From Hydrurus foetidus (lineage: Eukaryota): a stretch of DNA of 64,000 nt. Shown piece by piece: positions 33,201-47,245 of this stretch (position 1 is its first letter; each line of letters begins with the position of its first letter). The notes beneath the pieces were generated by a model. That model was given only the letters and a program-made list of their open reading frames with translations. It made no database searches and was not told the DNA's origin. The position numbers were made by a program, and so were the translations under genes. Location of the stretch: contig UYFQ01000510.1 in assembly GCA_900617105.1 (NCBI GenBank), positions 1 to 64,000 of the forward strand, given 5' to 3'.

Positions 33201-36200
33201 ATCTCACTGTTGACCTCTCATCGTCCACAGGCAACGGTGCTCGGCGCTGGAGCAGCGTCAATTTCACACTCTTGTCGTCCAATGGTGCTGCCTACGGTGA
33301 AACCGTGGCCATCGCGGCTTACATGACTAATAATTACGTCTACTCGTCCAACACGATCACCGTTCCCAGATCTCTGATGAATCCCACGACATACGCAATC
33401 ACAGTCACTGTCAAAAACTTCCTTGGATCTTCAGCCTCGAAGACATCATTACTAGATGTGTCTGGTGACCCCAATCTACCAACTGTGACCATCCTCGGCA
33501 GCTACGCACGGACCATAAAAGCGCTCAATCCGCTGACTGTGGAGGGCACCGCTACTCTGTCCAATTGCGCCAAGTCTTACAGCCTTCACTACAACTACAC
33601 CGTCACAGACTCCCTCGGGGTGATTCTGCCTTATCGGTATACTAACATAGATCCCCGAAAGTTCTACGCCCCAGCGTATTTCTTCACTGCTGGGCAGTCG
33701 TACAAGATAACACTTTCAGTGGTTACATCTAGCACCATTACATTATCGAGAATAGCTTCTGCCTCCTCTGTTACACAAGTATATGTCAAGCACGGCATTG
33801 TAGTGGCTGCTGTTCGTGATGGGTATTCAAGAGAAGCCTCTATTGACGACGAAATCGTGCTGGATGCGGCAATATCGACTGACGAGGACTCTCCGAGTGC
33901 ATCCAACACGCTGTTCTATCGCTGGACATGTTCCATTGCAACCCCGGCTTTCTTTGGAGCACCATGTAACTTCGCAAGTAACACCGCCACCCAAAGTGAC
34001 AGAAGTTCCTACACCATCCCCTCCCATACTATGCAGGCCAAGACATCGTACAACTTCGTAGTCACGGTCACAAGCAGCGATGGACGTTCAGCAAGTCAGA
34101 CTGTCTTCATCACCGCCCTATTGTCAGGCGCTCCTGTCCTTACCTCAACCAGCTCTGCTTTGAAGTTCAATTCAGATTCTCAACTGGTTATTCCAGCAGC
34201 AATTTACAGCAACTTGTCAACTCTGGGTGCATGGAGTGCATATTCCTATGGCTATCCCGTGCCTTTGGATGCGGCATACACACCAATAACGAGAATTTTC
34301 GCTGCAAAAGAAGCTGTAAAGACCATTTCATATCCTTTAGCTGTTGCAGCAAATACGTTCATTGGTGGCCGAATCTACACATTTCGACTAACCGCTACTC
34401 CCACTCTCTATCCAAATCAGCTGTCCTTCATTGAGATTACGATGCTAGTAAACTCTCCTCCTGTGGGTGGATACGCCACCGTGACTCCTCTTGTGGGATT
34501 TGCTCTTGAGACCAAGTTTTACATGGTCACAGGTGGATGGATAGATGACGTTAGTGACTGTCCACTCGCTTACAGCTTCGCGTACGAGAGTGCAATCAGT
34601 GATTACATCCCAGCATTGATCCTCACTGTCGCCAGTCCTCTCCCATACGCGCGATCAAGCCTACCCCCTGGTCTGCTAGGAGGTGAATTGCTCCACATTC
34701 TTCTTTTCACAGCTCATCTATCTCATCACCGACTCGTCTAAAACAATTTCATGTACAGGTCTAGGGGCACCTGGTGACCTCTACATCTTCGCCTCTGCGA
34801 TTGACATCTACGGATCGTCAGCCAAAGCACTGGCTATAGCTAATGTGAAATCGAACCCTTCCTTCAACTCTTCAAAGTATCTCGAGAACTCCCTCCGCAA
34901 GCACATTCCCTCGGGAGACATCGATGCAATATTCCAGACAATCAACCTGGTGTCCTCCGCTGTGAGCGTGGTAAACTGCACCGCCTCGCCAAATTGTGCT
35001 GCACTCTTCCGTTACCAATGCCTCGACACAGTGAACACGTGCTACTTGTGTCAACAAGGTTATAAGGGTGTGGTGGGAAGTGACAACTCCTTGTGCATAC
35101 CAGAGGCGAAGACATCGGGCGCCATCGGAAGACCCTGCACGAAAGCCTCCGACTGCCTATATGGCTTGTGTGCCAATGGAGTGTGTGCTGCTCCTAAGAA
35201 AGCCTGTCAAAGTCAATCGCCCAACACTATCTGTTCCGGTCACGGAAATTGTTTCTCTTACGACACCTCTCAAAATATTGTTGCCAACTGCACGATCTTG
35301 GATCCTTTATGCTCCGCCAAATGCAAATGCGACCCCGGATACGGTGCTGCAGACTGCTCCCTCAATCCCCTAGAATCAGCAGATAGGTCTTCAGCAAGAT
35401 CGAGCATGTGTGGTGCATTGCTGCACGTCATATCCGTGTCAGACAGGTCACCCCAACTATTCGACTCCATAGCAAGCGCTCTGCTCTCCGCTTTCGAGGA
35501 CACGGAGATATTCACTGCTGCGGGCAAAGTTCAGTGCTCAACTGTCCTGAGATTCCTAGGAACTCTCGCCACGAAGGGGTTCCTAAAAGGTGCCTTAGCA
35601 AAGACAGCAGGGGTATACAGTGAAGCTTCGTCTCAGTTCGTTGGCTCCGGTGTGACTGACTACTTCCTGCCGACAGCGGGCTCCAGACCGAACGAAGCGA
35701 CTCGTTTTGCCAATGACATTACGGATGCTGTAGTGGGCATGACTCAGGGCACCATGAAAACAATGGTGGTTGGGCAAGCTCCCGTGTCTCTAGTCACTGG
35801 CAACGTTCGTCTCACTGTCAAAAACGACCTCGTGAGTCTTCTGCTCAACGCCGAATTGTCACCCCCAAGAACCACTTCAGAATCAGTCTACGGCTCCGTG
35901 CAGCCGAAGATTAAAGTTGTTGGCAATGGTCTATCGTACTGCAGCGGAAAGTCCGCATACGCCCAGGTGTCGACTCTCCAGTACGGGACAAACCCTCATG
36001 CTGGATCAACAGCACTGCAAACCTCGATGTTGCAGTTCACCTCAACCATCACCACGCAGGTTCCTAAAAAGACTACCAAAACGAAGAAAGCACCTGTCGC
36101 TTCCAGTGAAATCGTTGCTGATGCGATTGCCCTCGCCCCCGCATACTACATCATCTTGCAGTACGCGACAACGAGGAATTTCAATTTATCTATTCAGGCC

Positions 36201-39200
36201 AAACCGTACGACAAACACCTCAATGTGACCCTCCCAGAGTGTACCTTGTACGACTACGACAAGGCCAAGTATGTTAGTTGCTCCAATTGCAACATATCCT
36301 CCTACACCAACCACAACGCCACTTTCGGCTGCTACAACATCCGCAATCTCTGCCCTGCCATTGGAAGTAAGAGACGTCTCACCAGCTCAGGCGATAATGA
36401 TGAGGATAACGGTGATGATGATGGTGATATCGAAGATAACGTCGACAATTACGACAAAAAGATAAAAGACAACAAATTCGACGAGGACTTTGCTGATTAC
36501 TATCATTCTAGAGCTTCCCAATTGATATTTGAAGAGAGGAAGGGCTCCTACAGGACAGGACGGAGAAATCTCATCGGTGATGATGAGTACCAGCCTTCAA
36601 CTGATGACGGACCCGCTTCTGCCGATGATCAGTTCACATCCAAAAATCAAGCAACCGGCAGTGAATTTGGATCCGTTTTGAACGCAATAGGTGCCGAGCT
36701 TGGTAGCATACTGTCGCAGAATCCATTCGCCATCAACCTCAGCAAAGCGACCCCTATCCTGTCATTTGTTGGCTCCCTGGCTGGCTTCCTTCTGATAGGA
36801 CTGGTGTTCTTCCTAAGATGGGACAAGGACGACAGACACAAGACTGTTTACCTCTACGAAGAGAAATTGCGTGTCAGCAGACTGAAGATTCAAGACGATT
36901 TAACGAAAGGAGGCAACGGAATTCATTTCGCAAAAGAAAGAAGAAAAGAGTTCGAAAGTACCCAGAGGGCCATTAAATCAATGAACAAATCTTTTTTCAA
37001 TTTAAGTCGAGGGACCCTGAACTCACCTTCTGAGCAGTATCCCCAACACTGCTCTCAAGTGTCCTTCTTGAGTGACGATATCATCTCTGAGGAGGAGTCA
37101 ACAGATCCACTAGACCATCCTCTTGCAACTACTGTGCTAGTGGCCGACTTTACTCACAAGGTCTTGCCTACCATGTACACGTTGAACAAAGGAGAGCTCC
37201 ACTATGAGAGAGGGAGGTACAACATCAAATCAAACACAACTGCCGACACTCTCCGCACCCTCCTCAAAACTCACTACTTATCCGCCATGTGGTACGGATC
37301 GTCCATGCGCATCTCTCGCACCCTTCGCTTTCTAGAGCTGATGCGTGTGGTGCTTATGGGTTTGTTCATCGACACAGTCATATACGGCGTTTACTTTCCC
37401 AGCGATGCAACTTGCGAGAAGTTCGAAACTAAATCGACATGTCTCTCCCTCCCCAGCAAGGTAAGTTATTTTCAAATTGCATGATGCGTAAGTACGTTCT
37501 CCCGTACCATATTCACAGTGCTTTACTTTAGACCAGAACACTTACATTTTATGATACCATGATCCAGGTGATAGCCGGTGCAACGCTGTGCGTATTCGAC
37601 AAGATGAAGGGCTGCTCATTAAATCCTCCCCCAAAATCGGCCACTTTTGTTCTTCTGATGGCTTTCATAATCATCATATTTATCTTGCCAATGGACTATT
37701 GCATCGGGTACATTCAAGAAGAATTCGCTTCTAAGAGACCCCGACTTGAGGAACTCAGTCTGTCCACCAACAGCTGGCTGGGCTCCATGCACCACTCTCG
37801 AGGCGTCACAGATTCTGCAATTAAGGAAGCCATATCCCGCGCAGCCTCAGCTCGCAGCATTGAAGGAGCTTCCGCTAGTGAGGAGCAAGATTCGTATACT
37901 AGTAAAGGGGGGGAAACGGTGACGCAAGAGGGAGGTGTAGGCACAGTGACAGATGAAGATGCAGAGTTCGGTGAGTGGGATCGAAACTTTTTGGCGAAAA
38001 AGCAATACCACAATTTAGGATCACCTCTAGAGGAACTCACAGCGCTGCTGGCCAAAATCGATGAATCAATCAGAGAGAATGCAAATGTGTCAAGTGCTAC
38101 AGTGGCAAGTCTGTGCGCCTCTTCACGAGGTCGACTTGCAGCCATGAAAGCAATCAGGATGCAGCTAATGGTGAATGCTGACGGGACTCAAAACTCAATC
38201 ACATTTCGACAAAAAATTCAACACGGAAATCTCCAGAACATGCTTATAAAAAAACTGACCAAAGTTCGATTGGATGCTGATATGATGTGCGATGAAATCG
38301 AGGAATTAGAAGTCGCTGATGAGTGCGTCAAGGACATCGCATTGCTTAGAAACTTCATTCTAGAACATGTCAGCTTTTATTCGCGATTTTCACTGCGTCG
38401 TTGCTTCCAAGAAATAGATGGTTGTGGTCCAGGACGAGTCAATGTGTTTGTGTGGATCGCCTCCTGGACTGTCATAATCTCGTGTCTTCTTTTCTGCCTA
38501 TACTGGACATTCGCATGGGGAGTCGCTAACGGGGGAGACACGTTGCGTGACTGGGGAATGGATTACGGGGTGGGGATGATTTCAGATATTTTGCTCTGCG
38601 AAGTCGTCAAGATCCTCATCATGTTCGTCTATGCAATTATTAACGTGAAGCCACAACTGCAAGTCATTAAGAGAGTCATCAACGACTGCGGGTTGTCTTT
38701 GATTCAAGACAAGGCCGTCTACAAGGAGGAGGTCAACGTGGTACAGCACTTCTCTCCTGCATGTCGCGCTGCCACTACGAGTAGGCTCAGCACACTCCCA
38801 GCTGCTGCTGTGTTGAGGAAAATCACAGATGAAGACGTGGAGCGTTGTCGCGAGCACAGAAACCACTCATCCGGATCTGGAGTCCTCTATTTGGTGCTGC
38901 TTGCCGCAACGATATGCGCCTTGAGTGAGGGACTGATCAATCAGACGATGGACATTTCTATCCACAGCGTGTGGCTGAGCTTCCTGTTGATTAACACGAA
39001 GACCCTCGCGGTGTCTCCCGTTCTCCTAGCTGCCTTGTACGCTGTCATAGGAGGCGCTCTGCTGTACCATCAGCTCGTCTTTATCCCCACAGTCGCCAGG
39101 TTGAGGCGTCAGAGATCTCTGCAATCTATGTCAAGCGCAGACTTCTTAAGCAGCAAATTGAGTCGCAGTAATTTGTCTCGTTGGAATAGGCTCGGTGTAC

Positions 39201-40204
39201 ATAAATATTTCGGAAAGCTGTCAGCGGGCATGGGCATGATGCACATGTCTGTCTCTTCGGAGAGGACAGAACTTAAAAAGGAGCGAGTCAGGTTCGTCAC
39301 CATCATATGGACCGGAATGAACAAGGCGTCCTACTTGCACGGACATGGCGCGGAGACGCAACCTGCATCTAGGAATAACTTGACGCATTCAGCGAGTCCC
39401 ACCCGAGATCGTTCCTACGGCTTGGAAGAGTCTAAGTCTAACAACCCCGACAGTTTCGATATTAATGACTCAAGTTGCCTTGACCTCACCCCAGCTGCTC
39501 CTTCTATTCCACAGTGTGTTCTCGACATGAGGGTGAGAAGCATGGCGATGAGTCTCGAGGAAGACGACAAGCAGCATCTAGCTCCGTCCGCAAGGTTCTT
39601 CCGAGCTGTACCCGCTTTCCATGGCGTAGACGTATCCGTGCCGACAGTGACACGGTGGACTCGAATCAAGAGGGTGCACACGACATGCCTCATTCAAGCA
39701 TCTTCCGTCATTACATATGATGCTCACATAGCGCTGAACCGCATGCTGCTCAGACACGACTCACAGCTCAGAGCACTCAATGCCGGACTTGAAGTGTGCG
39801 AATTTGAAGTGAGCGCCTTCGACCCCCTGAACCCCACACAGGACTTCATGTCTATCAGCGAGGCAGCCACGTTGCTGCAGTGGGTGTGGGACGCATTCCA
39901 TCCCTACAGGAGAGAGCTATCTCTGGAGGAGAAGGAAGACACAGTCGAAGAGTTCCTCTCTTGGAGAGCCCGATGTGTTTCTATCAGCATCGGATCTGTC
40001 GAGCACACTGACAGCGCAATAGGCATCGACAGCATAAGTCATGCGGACTTCTCCAAATGGTTTATCGCACTTGTGGCGAGGATTGCCTCCTCTCGTGCAT
40101 ATGACTACGATACACGCGAAATTTTGGAGGACGTCGAGGAGTCTGCTGCGGCAGACCAATATCATGAACTATCCGACCTTTCGACCCCGCAGCAATTTCA
40201 CTGA
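24213..40204 (+). CDS. Giant cell-surface membrane protein: signal peptide, small N-terminal domain, PTxx mucin-like stalk, REJ/PKD-like beta region, EGF-like Cys repeats, GPS-like motif, multiple TM helices (polycystin-1/adhesion-receptor-like architecture)
   Basis: Inferred exons 24213-24396, 24531-34682, 34759-37460 and 37568-40204 joined by GT..AG introns; [19 protein letters not shown] and VNSPPVGG are REJ-like; [20 protein letters not shown] is EGF-like; several hydrophobic segments. Confidence 0.8.
25090..31990 (+). repeat. ~6.9-kb coding tandem repeat of 12-bp units ([12 protein letters not shown]) with a 405-bp higher-order repeat at ~25470-27400
   Basis: Direct reading; the antisense shadow ORFs recur at 405-bp offsets (25672/26077; 25713/26118/26523). 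Confidence 0.95.
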
Positions 40205-41821
40205 AGTAAAGACGATTCTTGACCCTTACTTCATATAGATCGTAACTCGAAGCCCTGTCACCAACCGATAAGTACATTTAATGGTTAGATTCCTCGCATC
40301 CCTTCCTTCCGCAACATGTCTTGAGGAGGAAAACACAAATACACTCGCCCCACAGACCCCGCCCTGGCGCAGGCCATGCGTCCAAACTCCATATTCCACA
40401 CTCAACTCAACTCGGCCAATTCAAATTAAATCTATGTCCTATCTGCACAACGCCCTAAACATCACCTACATTCTGCAAACGTCATCAACCAGCTGCAGCT
40501 CAATAACACTAATCCGACGAAAAGTGACCATTCATTGGCACCTCTCTGGCACAAACTCACAGTCATCTGAATAATTTCACGGCAACTAGATGTACTCCAA
40601 GTCACATGAACACTCAACGACTCCCCCTAGCTCTCTGGTCCTACCGCATGTATGCATATTCTGCAGCTTTGTAGCTGCAGAGAGCATGGGATGTTAGGGT
40701 ATGAGGAACAGTCATGTCATGTACAACCTCGTAGCAATTGTCAATTCCTTTTTTATACGGTACAACACAGTGAAGTATGAACTATGTCTATATCTTCGCT
40801 CTTAAAGCTGGATATATATGTATAGCTCAGAAACCACCAGGCTGTGCCTTCCAGCCGTGTGCGTACATTTTATTAAGAGTCTTCTCTAACAGACCCGACC
40901 TACTATCATTCAGGAAGACTTCTTAAAAGTCCTCTTCTCGTTTTTTTTCACTACACATCAGCACAATTTTTCAATTTTTTTATCATAGCAAGCTGCGTTC
41001 TGCGAGGATAGAATTTCCGCGCACACGATAGTCGCACTTGTATACGCCTTTCCGACAATTGATTCCACCCCTGTTTATATTGCTGCAATCGAAGACTTCG
41101 AGACAACATGATTTCATAATGCCTTGGTAGATAAGTGGAGTGAAATGTCTTGAGCGCTTCAGTGTCTATCAGGTCTGTGCGTTGTTCCGAATACGTTGGA
41201 TGTAAATTAATGAGTCCGTAATCTTACAGTCAAAGTTTTGAATGGTTTGGTCTGTGGTCTTCCAAAGTCTCAGCTAGCGCTATCTAATCTCCGTATCAGT
41301 GTGGGGATGAAAGTATGGCTCAGTCCTTTTGCCACGCCACTATGTGGCACCGTGTAGGGACACCATTACATCTGGAGGTTCAGTGAGTCTCAGCTTGCCT
41401 CCTCACTCATGTTTCTGTCGTGCTTCAGTCGACAGGAAACCGACTCTGCCTTGGAAACTGCACGGTACTGTGTCATGAGTCGAGAAATAGAAGCAGCCCC
41501 CAGGGGGATCCTAGACATCATGCATCAAGCGGGGAATGCAGTGCAAAATGATAAATTATGCGTCTTTTTTCTCAGCGGCCAGTAGTCAATAGCAGTCGGG
41601 TGCATGTAGTGGTCCACTTCTACATAAAGTATAATTTTTCAGAAACAGCATTTGAATTCTATCAACCTTAATGAAATTGCTTGAAATTGACGGACACTAT
41701 ACAAACGAGGGGTATGGTTCTCTGATATAGCCGTAATCACGACTACAAGCAAAATACTGTTAGACTTGACTATGCAGTACTGTGTCTTTTTTTTTTTTTT
41801 TTAAATGTTTATAGGCTGTAA

Positions 41822-41990
41822 GGCTACAATTCACGGGAACGCTAAAAAGTTTTCCCATATAATTATTTTATGGTAAGGTTCGAAATTTACCCTAAACTAC
41901 CCCTTTTTATGGGAAAGTTTCCCTTTTTCCGCATATTTTATGACAAAAAATTATATGGGAGACTTTTTAGCGTTCCCGTGAATTGTAGCC
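41822..41990. mobile_element. PIF/Harbinger (Tourist-like) MITE, 169 bp
   Basis: ~43-bp terminal inverted repeats GGCTACAATTCACGGGAACGCTAAAAAGT.. with one mismatch; TAA duplicated at 41819-41821 and 41991-41993. Confidence 0.9.
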
Positions 41991-42328
41991 TAAAAGAGGT
42001 GGAGACGAAGGAGTTCCATCGAGATCTGCAGAATCCGTGTTTTGGGTGATATTCGTGATATAATTCTCAACAGTGGAGTAGTGTGGAGTGTGGCATTGGC
42101 CACAACCCCCACCCCCACAACTGTTTCGAGACCAAGATCAAGATAATATAAGACTCAGGCACTTCAGCAGCGCTCTATATTGGATCTATCTCCAGAAGCA
42201 GAATCTGCATGGAATGCGGTGTTTGTGAGCCTCGAGACTGTTGAATAAAATCACTTTACCGCCCATTGAAACGTTACGAAATTCATAATTCCTTCCTGTT
42301 TCCTCCGAAGTCCAAAATTTCCTGGGAA

Positions 42329-44292
<1,964 letters not shown>

Positions 44293-44698
44293 GGCCGCAA
44301 AGCCACGCTGCTCAGAGCGGCATCAATAGGAGAAGGGAGGGGGAGCACTCAATAAGAGGAGTCGAGTAGTGCCTGCTGAGGACTGGGTGACCAGACACAG
44401 CATACGATTCTTCTTGGCACTCTTTATTTAACATCAGCAAAGAATTCGCGTGCATGCAATATCGTTCTCTTATTAAAACTAGTTGGTGGTAGTGCAGCGT
44501 GGGTTTAAGTAAGCACACGTTGTTTCGCATTACATGGATAACTTTAGCACATAACTGGTCGTGTATATCATCATCTCCCTTCCAATTATGCCGGATATTG
44601 CTGACAGCTCAGTCCGATCTATTGCTTCAAACTCGATGCGAGGTCTGTAAGAGTGCACTCTTATTCTGCCTCCACACAGACCTATTCAGAATAGACAT

Positions 44699-46954
44699 CT
44701 AGGACCTTATCCGGAATCTGTACTCCCCCCCACAGTCCCCGAACACCGTCATCAAGTCCTTGCTCTTGGCCTGCACCGCAGCGATGGCAGCGAGATCCTG
44801 CGCATCCAGTGAGAAGGAGAATACCTTCTTGTTGTCCGCTATGTGCTCTTTCAAGCCGAGACGCACACCCACTATCGCCCCCCCTACAGCCTGCTGATCC
44901 AGCACCCACCGCACCTATTTTGGTAATGGGACAATGGTGAGAGTCGAACAGATCAGATGAGATTAGATTAATTTAGGTGCGAAATGACTGTTCTGTTTGA
45001 GAGCAGTAACTGCTTGAAGATGATGTCTATTGCGCGTACCGCCACATTAGATATGGACACCGAATGCTTCTCGGCTATTACGCCCAGCACGGCCAACATC
45101 TCCTGTAAAAGTCCCCAGCCGCCCCAATACTGAATCCAAGGCAGGTATTTCCGCAGAGACACATTGGAGAGGGAGTCGATGAGCGGCTCCGGTTTGTTCA
45201 CCCACTCTTTGGACAGAAATCCGCCCTAGTCACGACAATCCATGAAGTTAAAATGGTCGAATTCGTATTCCAGACAGTTTCAAATGCAAATAAAGATGGT
45301 AGGTAAGGAAGCATCGCTAACCATGAGAGTGCCGTAGCAAAGCAGCTTGACATTCTTCGCAGTGCAGAACTCTACCATTTTCTTCTGAGGTCTCGTGTCA
45401 ATCACTGAGTAAGCGATCTGAAGAGTAAGTACGTACATTTGGTGCATCATGAGTTGTTCAGATACCTAATATCCTATCAATACATGGTAAAATTGAATAT
45501 GCAGTACCACTCAAGCCCTGGTGCTTTACGTAATGGTATCATGTTCTATGCATGGCGAAGGTCCTGATATCGAACAGCAGCGCCTGAATAGCCATGAATC
45601 ATGTAGCCGCCGATACTGTAGCAGCAATTGCTGGTTGCATCTCACCGCTGCAATAAATTCCGCAGCACATCAGTGCATCTCAGCCCCTCTTCTATCACCT
45701 CACCTAAGTCACCTATCTTACAGATGCATCCCGTCTCATGTTATCAAATTACGTCTCATGCCATGCCATGCTGTGCTATGACACCTCACCTCACCTCATT
45801 TCATTTCATCTCATTTCATCTCACCTGATTGGAGACTATCGGTGCTCCTCTATTCATCAATCCCTCCATGTGCGTGGTGTCGAAGTTGGTCAGTCCGATA
45901 TTCTTTATCTTCCCAGCACCCTTCAGTTCCACAAGGTGATCCATCGCATCGAAATAGTTCAAATTCTGATACGGAAACCTTGTGCAAAAAATGCATTCTC
46001 AGGTAAACATCACAGTATTCTTGGGAGAAAGAAAATTTAAAGTGACCTAGGATGTGAAGAAATATGGTGACGCACCAGTTAAATTGGATGAGATCTAGAC
46101 TGTTAGTGCCCATTCTTCGGAGAGACCGGTCTATGGCAGCAGTTGCAACGCTCTGTGACATTTCCCCAGGAGATGGCACCCACTTCGTGAAGAACTTCAA
46201 AGATCATTTGGAAGAAAGGCATGATTTGTTATCAGGATTAGTTGCAGATGGAAACAAATTTCAGAAGCAGAGCACATCGCAAGACTTTTGTGATTAGCAT
46301 TTTCGATAGAGACCAACATAAATAGAATTAGCGTAGCAAATTGCGGAATAGATATACAAGATTGATCAATAAATTGTCATCACCTGACAGTCTTTGGCGA
46401 TCTTCTTGCTCTTGCCTCCATTTTGGAAAGCTCCAACATATTCTTCAGCAGGGCCATATATGTCAGCAAGATCAAAGGTGGAGAATCCCTCCTCTACACA
46501 ATGGTAATAAGGAATAAGTTCTCACCATTCAACGCAATGTTGCTGCTTGATCACGTTGCTTACCGGCGCAATGTGACATTTCTGCAACAGCGGATTGCTT
46601 CTGAGGCTCATACCCATGTGCTCCACTAACTTGCCACATTCCTGTTAGAATTTTACACATTTTCATTCCACCTAGATCAGTGTAGGCATCACTCCCCAGC
46701 GAACAAGGAGCTGCATTTGCAACGGCATCAGTTGCAAATGCCTTCGTAGGTTTCAAAATGAGTGCTGCTGCCAGCGGTGCTGCTGCAGCGAATTTGACGA
46801 CTGAGCTCTTTAATTCAGTTGATTCTCTCACAGGAATATGCGAGGATTGCAACTCTTTCCCAGCTGCAATCATTTTCACATTCAAATGGGATTTGGCGAG
46901 GGCATTCACAACTGCCGACACAGTTCCGCTTAACACAAGAAAATTAAATAACAT
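44699..46954 (-). CDS. Aldo-keto reductase family protein with N-terminal targeting extension (multi-exon)
   Basis: ILTGMWQVSGAHG, FDLADIYG, FFTKWVP, SLRRMGTNSLDLIQF, IGLTNFDT, YSVIDTRP, GDCGGEYR. Confidence 0.88.
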
Positions 46955-47245
46955 GATAATGAAATTATTCCCAAATCGAAGCCAGACTATCAGACGACGA
47001 AGAAGGTCGCCATCAATACAGGATCTCTATGAAGCTGCTGAATGATAGTAATGCTTGCATTCAGCAAGAATTAATCAATCATTACGTATTGAAGGTGTAC
47101 GTATGCGTCGCGTCACGTAAACATTCCGTACCCACAGGAGGGTTGTCATTTCAAACTCGAACTTCTTCCTCCTGCCTGATTATGTCACAATTTGCTACTT
47201 GGAATTACTCGTCTTCTGTTACCTTGAAGATAAGTCAGTTCTAAA

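Noticed and set aside
40205..41800. Hidden gene or ncRNA in the long intergenic region
   Set aside because: Only short motif-less ORFs and no structure I can support
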